A DNA stretch of 64,000 nt from a bacterium (GTDB lineage Bacteria > Omnitrophota > Gorgyraeia > Duberdicusellales > 4484-171), in NCBI GenBank assembly GCA_021796115.1, contig JAJYOP010000004.1, forward strand, positions 4,680 to 68,679. The letters are read 5' to 3'. Of the stretch, positions 57,826-64,000 are shown piece after piece (the stretch's first letter is position 1; the number at the start of each line of letters is the position of its first letter). Below the pieces are notes generated by a model. It made no database searches and had not been told where the DNA came from. It saw only the letters and a program-made list of their open reading frames with translations. The position numbers were made by a program, and so were the translations under genes.

Positions 57826-59436
57826 GTGAAGATAGCAGTTATCGGAGCAGGTGCAATTGGCGGTTTGGTTGTCGGGTACCTTAAAGAACAGGGAGAAGAT
57901 GTTGTTCTTATCGGCACAAAAGACGCAGTCAGCGTAATCAACAGTAAGGGGTTACGTATCAGCGGTGTTCGTGGCGAGATTAACGTAAATATCCAGGCAC
58001 TTACGTCTTTAAACAAAAAAGTCGATCTTATAATTTTAGCCACCAAAACGCAGGATATTGAAAAAGCTTTACAAGAAAATAAAAAATATTTAAAAGACAC
58101 ACTTATTTTAACTACGCAAAACGGAGTCGAAGCCGATAATATTGTTGCGCAATTTGTCCCAAAAGAAAATATTATTTCAAGTATCGTCATGTTTGGCGCA
58201 ACATACCTTGAGCCCGGCAAAATTGTCCATAATTTTGACCGGAAATGGGTTATTGCTAAAGCCTTTGGCGACAATGACGACTCCGTCACAAGAATGAAAA
58301 TTTTGCTGGGCAGGATTTTCCCCATAGAAATCTCCGATGATATCCGAGGCATGAAATGGCTTAAGGTTTTTGCTAACGCCAACAATTGCATACCGGGCAT
58401 AACCGGAAAAAGCATGCAGGAGTGTTTTAAAAACTTGGATTTATGCGAAATAAGCCTGGGGATTTGGCTCGAAGGCCTAGGCGCGGTTAAGAAATCCGGA
58501 ATAAAGTTAACTAATTTGCCGGATTTTACCGTCGAGCAGGTGGCTAAATTAAACTCCATGCCGATTAAGGATGCGGCAAAAATATTTTCCGGAATCATGG
58601 TTAATTTAAGTAAAGAACCGCTCTACGGCTCGATTTTGCAAAGCATTAAGCGCGAGAGAAAATCCGAAATTGATTACTTGAACGGAGCTTTTGTTAAGTT
58701 AGGAAAAGAATGCGGGCATCATACTCCTTTGAACAAAAAATTAACCGAAATGGTGCACACGGTAGAAGAGCAGCATAAATTTTTTACCGTCGAAGAATTA
58801 ATTACAAAAACAAAAAATTTGATTCCGCAGCAAGGTGCTGCCGATTTAGATAAAGTTAATACGCCTTTTCCAAAACTTAAGCTTACGGTAACGAAGGTTG
58901 AGGGAGAATGCTACCATGGATATAAACAAGGCGATGAAATAATTTTAGAAGATTTTACCCATCCGCCAAAGCATTTTTGCCTGGGGCTTGCGCACGCATT
59001 ATTCCCGGTAATTTATGCATTAAGTTTCGGCGCAAAATTTGGCTTTAGAGATAATCAACGCTCGCTTTTAGTAACTTGCCCTGACGGCGGCAAACTGGAA
59101 TTTAAGGCGGAAATTTTCGATAAAGAAGGAAAAATCGAAGTCATCGAAAAAGACCCCAACCATAAAGGGCCGAATCCAAAAGATATGGTTTTGGAAGTTG
59201 TGCAGGCAAAAGGAAAATGCGCTTATCAATATAAACTGGGAGATAAATTCGAAGTAAAAGGATTGAAATGCCCGGAAGGCTTTTGCGGTGCAGCCTACCA
59301 TTGCGCATTTCCGGCGCTCTTCGCTTTAAATTTTGGCGCAAAATTTTTCTTTATGGATGATCCGGACGGAATTGATACAGTGACGTGCCCCGACGGAGGA
59401 AATATCGTATTTAAAGTAAGCCGAAAAAAGAAGTAG
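57826..59436 (+). CDS. Ketopantoate reductase (ApbA/PanE)-like oxidoreductase fused to two tandem Cys-rich ~85-aa domains (TIGR04076-like, from recollection)
   Basis: GTG start. The Rossmann motif is MKIAVIGAGAIGG and the KPR C-terminal region is EIDYLNG. Repeat 1 is EGECYHGYKQGDEI...HFCLGLAHALFPVIYALSFGAKF...VTCPDGGKLEF. Repeat 2 is KGKCAYQYKLGDKF...GFCGAAYHCAFPALFALNFGAKF...VTCPDGGNIVF. Confidence 0.75.
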   Translation: MKIAVIGAGAIGGLVVGYLKEQGEDVVLIGTKDAVSVINSKGLRISGVRGEINVNIQALTSLNKKVDLIILATKTQDIEKALQENKKYLKDTLILTTQNGVEADNIVAQFVPKENIISSIVMFGATYLEPGKIVHNFDRKWVIAKAFGDNDDSVTRMKILLGRIFPIEISDDIRGMKWLKVFANANNCIPGITGKSMQECFKNLDLCEISLGIWLEGLGAVKKSGIKLTNLPDFTVEQVAKLNSMPIKDAAKIFSGIMVNLSKEPLYGSILQSIKRERKSEIDYLNGAFVKLGKECGHHTPLNKKLTEMVHTVEEQHKFFTVEELITKTKNLIPQQGAADLDKVNTPFPKLKLTVTKVEGECYHGYKQGDEIILEDFTHPPKHFCLGLAHALFPVIYALSFGAKFGFRDNQRSLLVTCPDGGKLEFKAEIFDKEGKIEVIEKDPNHKGPNPKDMVLEVVQAKGKCAYQYKLGDKFEVKGLKCPEGFCGAAYHCAFPALFALNFGAKFFFMDDPDGIDTVTCPDGGNIVFKVSRKKK

Positions 59437-59500
59437 TTTGTAGCTGGTAGTTTGTTTAAAAAAACAGCGAGTTTTTTATTCAACCAACTACTAACTACTA
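59434..59500. repeat. Family H word-hairpin, copy 2
   Basis: tagtttgtagctggtagtttgtttaaaaaaacagcgagttttttattcaaccaactactaactacta. It starts in the stop codon of the preceding gene, as copy 1 does. Confidence 0.7.
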
Positions 59501-59516
59501 AATAAGGAGTTTTTAA

Positions 59517-60764
59517 ATGAAGCGAGTAGTCATCACCGGCATTGGAGTAATCAGCGCTGCAGGCGAAGATAAAAATACTTTTTACGGCAATATTATCGCA
59601 GGGAAACCTTTTATCGAAAGGGTCGAGAATTTTGACGTTAGCCTTTTCGTTTCAAAAATTGCCTCGCAGGATTTAGGCTTTGACCCGCTCAAATTCGGTA
59701 TCAAAGACCACTACCGCATGGATAGATACGTTCAATTTGCCATTGCCGCGGCAAAGCAGGCGGTAGAGGATTCCAAAATCGATTTCAAAAAAATAAACAA
59801 AAGACGCTGCGGAGTCATTCTTGCAAACGCCATCTGTGGAACGCGTTTTATGGAAGAAGAATTTCTTCTTGTCACAGATTGGGGTAAAAAACCGATTGAT
59901 CCAAGAAAAGGCCGGCCTTATCTTTACGATGCGGCGATGTTTAATACGCCAAGCGCAGAAGTCGGCGCGATTTATAATACGCAAGGCCTAAACTGCACGG
60001 TTTCAACCGGCTGCACTGCGGCAACTGATTCGCTCGGTTTTTCTTTTGAGCTTATCCGCGAAGGAAGGCAGGATATGATTATCGCCGGCGGCACCGAAGC
60101 CCCGGTTTGTCCGATAACTTTCGGCGCCTTTGATGTGGTTAACGTTCTTGCGAAAAATAATGACGAGCCGCACAAAGCCAGTCGGCCGTTCGATAACAAA
60201 CGAAACGGATTTGTGCTTTCTGAAGGCGCAGGAATTTTAGTGCTTGAAGAACTTGAGCACGCCAAAAAAAGAGGTGCGCACATTTACGGAGAAATTCTCG
60301 GTTACGGCACAAGCTGTAACGCCTTTCATATGACGGATTTACCGGAAGATGGCGAAGCCATGGTGCGCTGCATTAAAGACGCAATTAAAGACGCAGGTAT
60401 TAAAAATGAAGATATCGACTACATAAATACGCACGGTTCTTCAACCCGTCAGAACGATGTTTTTGAAACCAGCGCTTACAAAACGGTGTTCGGCGATTAT
60501 GCTTACAAGGTCCCCATAAGTTCCATAAAATCAATGATCGGCCACCCGCTTGCCGCAGCAAATGCGGTTGAGAGCGTTTTGTGCGCAATGATTTTTGAAA
60601 AAGGGGAGTTGCCGCCGACGATTAATCAGGAAGAACCGGATCCAAAATGCGATTTGGACTATATTCCGAATGTAAAAAGGCAATACATGCCTAACTACAT
60701 TTTAAAAACCTCGAGTGGCTTCTCCGGGATACATTCATCGTTAATCTTTAAAAAATGGCGGTAA
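59517..60764 (+). CDS. Beta-ketoacyl synthase (FabF/KS-alpha type, with an intact Cys-His-His triad)
   Basis: VSTGCTAATDS (the active Cys), AFHMTD, NTHGSST and KSMIGHPLAAA. Confidence 0.9.
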   Translation: MKRVVITGIGVISAAGEDKNTFYGNIIAGKPFIERVENFDVSLFVSKIASQDLGFDPLKFGIKDHYRMDRYVQFAIAAAKQAVEDSKIDFKKINKRRCGVILANAICGTRFMEEEFLLVTDWGKKPIDPRKGRPYLYDAAMFNTPSAEVGAIYNTQGLNCTVSTGCTAATDSLGFSFELIREGRQDMIIAGGTEAPVCPITFGAFDVVNVLAKNNDEPHKASRPFDNKRNGFVLSEGAGILVLEELEHAKKRGAHIYGEILGYGTSCNAFHMTDLPEDGEAMVRCIKDAIKDAGIKNEDIDYINTHGSSTRQNDVFETSAYKTVFGDYAYKVPISSIKSMIGHPLAAANAVESVLCAMIFEKGELPPTINQEEPDPKCDLDYIPNVKRQYMPNYILKTSSGFSGIHSSLIFKKWR

Positions 60765-60768
60765 ATAA

Positions 60769-61821
60769 ATGAAAACTTCACGTTTACTATCCATGATTTC
60801 CCTTCTGCAAATAGGTTTAATGGTATATTCTACCGGAGCGCTTGCCCAGGAAAGATTATTAGAAAAAATAAAAGAACGCAGGCAGGAAAGAAGAGAGGGG
60901 ATTAAAGACAAATTAGCCAATAAAGATATTTCTGGTTCCGCTGACAAGTCTTTTAAAATCATGCACGATGGTTTGTTGAGAGAGTATAAAGTGCATCTTC
61001 CGGAAAATTATAATAAAAATCTTCCTGCCCCCGTTGTGATATTTCTTCATGGCGGCGGAGGAAGTATGAAAGAGGCCTATTCCGAAGGCATGGATAAAAT
61101 GTCCGATAAATACGGATTTATTTTGGCTATTCCTCAAGGAACCGGCAAAAAAATCTTGGGCAAAATTATCGGTTCATGGAATAGTGGAAATTGGAGCGGC
61201 TCAAAGAAGCTTACCCCGATTTCTTGCTGCGGGTATGCCGGAGATAACAATATTGATGATGTTGGTTTCATCTCAAAGATGATCGATGAAATTAAGAGCA
61301 ACTTTTCCGTTGATGAAAAGAAGATTTACGCTACAGGAATGTCCAACGGCGCGATGATGTCCTACAGGCTTGCCTGTGAGCTTTCAAACAAAATTGCGGC
61401 AGTGGCGGTAGTAGCGCCTCCTTTTGTACCGGAGGTTTGCGATAATGCAAAACCTATTTCAATAATGGATATTCATGGCACGGCTGACCCTTGCGCACTT
61501 TATAACGGCGGTTTTTGCGAAAATTGTTTGGGGAAATCTCTCAGTACCCAGTCGGCTAAAGAGATAGTTAATTCATGGATTATGCGAGACGGATGTTTGA
61601 GCGAATCCGAAATTATTTATAATAAAGGTAACGCAAAATGCGTGGATTATTCAAAATGTGCACAGGGGACAGAGGTTGAATTTTGCACAATCGAGGGCGG
61701 CGGGCATACCTGGCCAAGTGGCAATCAATATTTGCCCGCAGAAAAAATAGGTCCGGTTTCCAATGATATGTCTTTTGATCAGATGTGGGAATTTTTGAAA
61801 AAGCATAGTTTGAGCGAGTGA
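60769..61821 (+). CDS. Secreted alpha/beta-hydrolase esterase (LpqC / PHB-depolymerase family), paralogue 1
   Basis: The signal peptide is ...STGALA|QE. Contains VVIFLHGGGGS and the nucleophile elbow GMSNG. Several Cys residues are conserved with paralogue 2. Confidence 0.75.
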   Translation: MKTSRLLSMISLLQIGLMVYSTGALAQERLLEKIKERRQERREGIKDKLANKDISGSADKSFKIMHDGLLREYKVHLPENYNKNLPAPVVIFLHGGGGSMKEAYSEGMDKMSDKYGFILAIPQGTGKKILGKIIGSWNSGNWSGSKKLTPISCCGYAGDNNIDDVGFISKMIDEIKSNFSVDEKKIYATGMSNGAMMSYRLACELSNKIAAVAVVAPPFVPEVCDNAKPISIMDIHGTADPCALYNGGFCENCLGKSLSTQSAKEIVNSWIMRDGCLSESEIIYNKGNAKCVDYSKCAQGTEVEFCTIEGGGHTWPSGNQYLPAEKIGPVSNDMSFDQMWEFLKKHSLSE

Positions 61822-61856
61822 CAGGGTTGAAGGTCTGGTTTTAAGAAGAGGCGCAG

Positions 61857-62900
61857 ATGAAAAAGATTTGTAATAAAATTATCTTTTTTGCCTTGTTCGC
61901 AAGTATAACTGTATATTTTTCCAATGTTTTTGCGCAAGAAACACTTCGTGAAAGATTTAAAGAAAAGATAAAAGAAATAATACAGGAAAAAGATAAACAA
62001 AAAACAGAAAAATCTTACGATACAGCTGACCCCGAATTTTCTTTAATGCATGACGACCTAATCAGAAAATATAAGGTTCATCTCCCGGCTGGATATGACC
62101 GGGAAAAATCTTATCCCGTAGTAATTTATGTTCATGGCGGCGGAGGAGATATGCGCGCCGCCTATATGGATAACGTTGATAAAGCCGCGGATAAATTTGG
62201 ATTTATACTGGCAATTCCTGAAGGCACAGGCGAGGTAAAACTTGGACGTTTAAGAGGAACTTGGAATGGCGGAAGCTGGGCAGAAGGCTCCTGTTGCGGC
62301 AACGCTGACGACATAGGTTTTATCTCAAAAATGATAGACGAACTAAAAATTAAATTCAATGTCGATGCCAAAAGAATTTACGCCACAGGAATTTCTAACG
62401 GAGGACTAATGACTAACCGTATCGGCTGCGAGCTCTCTGAAAAAGTAGCCGCAATCGCAGTGGTTGCGCCGGCAGCAGTTGAATCAGCATGCCATCCGTC
62501 CCGGCCAATGCCGGTAATGGACATTCAGGGGACGGCTGACCCGCTCAATCCTCCTGACGGAAGCGAACCAAAGGGTATTTTTGCAAAAGACAGCGGCAGC
62601 CCCCTTGGCATGCCCTATAAAAGAATGACTTGTTATCAGGTAGTTGATACCTGGAAAAATATCGACAAATGCTCTAGCCAAGAAACAGTTACCTACGAAA
62701 ATGGAAAGGCAAAGTGTATAAGCTGTAATGATTGCGCAGATGGCGCGGAAGTTGTTTTATGTATCGTAAAAGGCATGGGCCATACTTATCCCGGCGGTGC
62801 GCAGTATTTGCCTGCAAAAATTGTTGGCCCGGTTTCCAATGATATTTCTTTTGACCAAATCTGGGAATTCTTTAAAAAGCATAGTTTAGACAGCAAATAG
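61857..62900 (+). CDS. Secreted alpha/beta-hydrolase esterase (LpqC / PHB-depolymerase family), paralogue 2
   Basis: The signal peptide is ...SNVFA|QE. Contains VVIYVHGGGGD and GISNG. It aligns colinearly with 60769-61821, down to the shared tail GPVSNDxSFDQxWEFxKKHSL. Confidence 0.75.
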   Translation: MKKICNKIIFFALFASITVYFSNVFAQETLRERFKEKIKEIIQEKDKQKTEKSYDTADPEFSLMHDDLIRKYKVHLPAGYDREKSYPVVIYVHGGGGDMRAAYMDNVDKAADKFGFILAIPEGTGEVKLGRLRGTWNGGSWAEGSCCGNADDIGFISKMIDELKIKFNVDAKRIYATGISNGGLMTNRIGCELSEKVAAIAVVAPAAVESACHPSRPMPVMDIQGTADPLNPPDGSEPKGIFAKDSGSPLGMPYKRMTCYQVVDTWKNIDKCSSQETVTYENGKAKCISCNDCADGAEVVLCIVKGMGHTYPGGAQYLPAKIVGPVSNDISFDQIWEFFKKHSLDSK

Positions 62901-62922
62901 ACAAGGCTAAAAGGAGAAAAGT

Positions 62923-64000
62923 ATGACCGAAAGAGTTGCCATTACCGGTATTGGAGTAGTTTCGCCGGCCGGATTAAAAAAAGAAACTTTCTGGGCGAAT
63001 TTAAAAAAGTGTAAATCTTTTGTCGATGAGATTACGCGCTTTGATGCGTCGCTTTACCCCTCACGCATCGCCGGGCAAGTCCACGAACTTGACCACTATT
63101 CGCATCTTTCCAGCCGCCTGGTAAAAAAAATTGACGTTTTTTCACACATGGCTCTCGTTGCCAGTGAACAGGCTTTACAGGATGCGAAGATCGACTTGAA
63201 TAATATTGATAAAACCCGCGTCGGTGTTTTTATGGGTAATGCCATAGGCGGCTGGTTGTTTGCCGAGACCGAACTTCGTGACATGTATGTTGAGGGAAGA
63301 GAAGGCGTTTCGCCCTATATGGCCTCTGCCTGGTTTCCCGCAGCGCCCCAGGGGCAAGTTACGATTTATTACGGCTTTAAAGGTTACAGTAAAACCATAG
63401 TTGCCGACAAAGCTTCTTCAGCGCTTGCCATATGGTACGGCGCAAAGATTATTAAGGAAGGTAAAAACGATTATGTGCTTGCCGGAGGAATGGAAGCGCC
63501 GATTACCCCCTATGCGCTTTTAAGTTCAAATACCTGCGGGCAATTATCAAAAAATAATTTAAATCCCAAAAAAGCCTACAAGCCTTATGATTTATACCGT
63601 GACGGATTTGTTTTGGCAGAAGGAAGCGGCATTGTTAATCTTGAAAAAGAACAACACGCCAAAAAACGCGGCATAAATATTTACGGCTACATTAAAGGAA
63701 TAGGATTTTCTTCGGACGGTTATCATTACAGCCGCTACAGCCCGGATTCGGAAAGTTTTGAATACGCCATAGAAGAATGCCTCAAGGATGCCGACTGGTC
63801 CAAGAAAGATGTAGATTATATTTGCCTTGATGCTGAGGCAACACCAATGGGCGATTTTCTTGAAACCAAGGCTCTTAAAAATGTTTTCGGAAAAGATTTA
63901 CATAATATTGCCTTGAGCGCTCCAAAGAGCATGTACGGAAATTTATTAGGTGCGCAAACCGCACTCGATTTAATTGTAACTTTATTTTCCATAAATCACG
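62923..64000 (+). CDS. Ketosynthase homologue lacking the catalytic Cys (chain-length-factor/KS-beta-like); the 3' end is beyond the window
   Basis: My own translation from the ATG at 62923 (AAAGGAGA lies upstream) gives MTERVAITGIGVVSPAG...SKTIVADKASSALAI... It stays open to 64000. The KS motif TACxSS reads ADKASS, so Cys is replaced by Lys. The His positions read GYHYSR and CLDAEATP. Confidence 0.75.
   Translation, partial: MTERVAITGIGVVSPAGLKKETFWANLKKCKSFVDEITRFDASLYPSRIAGQVHELDHYSHLSSRLVKKIDVFSHMALVASEQALQDAKIDLNNIDKTRVGVFMGNAIGGWLFAETELRDMYVEGREGVSPYMASAWFPAAPQGQVTIYYGFKGYSKTIVADKASSALAIWYGAKIIKEGKNDYVLAGGMEAPITPYALLSSNTCGQLSKNNLNPKKAYKPYDLYRDGFVLAEGSGIVNLEKEQHAKKRGINIYGYIKGIGFSSDGYHYSRYSPDSESFEYAIEECLKDADWSKKDVDYICLDAEATPMGDFLETKALKNVFGKDLHNIALSAPKSMYGNLLGAQTALDLIVTLFSINH

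Overview
This window is the chromosomal origin region of an AT-rich bacterium whose lineage I cannot assign from sequence alone. The backbone is housekeeping. One block runs rpoZ-gmk-yicC-ndk-parB-parA on the minus strand, followed by yidC-yidD-rpmH. It sits divergent from dnaA-dnaN-DUF721-gyrB-gyrA. After that come glmS, rsmI, a scattered but nearly complete pyrimidine set (pyrR-pyrB-pyrC, carA, carB, pyrK, pyrD, pyrF), thrS-infC-rpmI-rplT-pheS-pheT, and three tRNAs without encoded CCA (Glu, Arg, Val).

Features not explained by ordinary annotation:
1. Both gyrase subunits carry inteins. GyrB has a 154-aa mini-intein and GyrA a 444-aa LAGLIDADG intein. A free-standing LAGLIDADG gene lies at the left window edge.
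2. Four parS-like palindromes are packed into the parA-yidC spacer.
3. Almost every intergenic spacer is filled by long hairpins built from short repeated words. There are at least eight sequence families. Some are nested, and one nested insertion has a 5-bp target-site duplication.
4. An RNA-like motif that I do not recognise recurs five times. Its closing helix is AAUGAG(G/A)C...G(C/U)CGAAUU, with invariant tandem G-A mismatches and compensatory changes. Two copies start at the nucleotide after a tRNA discriminator base.
5. The right end (54.8-64 kb) holds a lipid/polyketide-like cluster. It contains an acyl-CoA ligase, a ketosynthase, a ketosynthase homologue lacking the active-site Cys, two secreted esterases and a ketopantoate-reductase/Cys-rich-domain fusion. 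The cluster continues beyond the window.

Several ORF-track starts were corrected because they extend into repeats or leaders.
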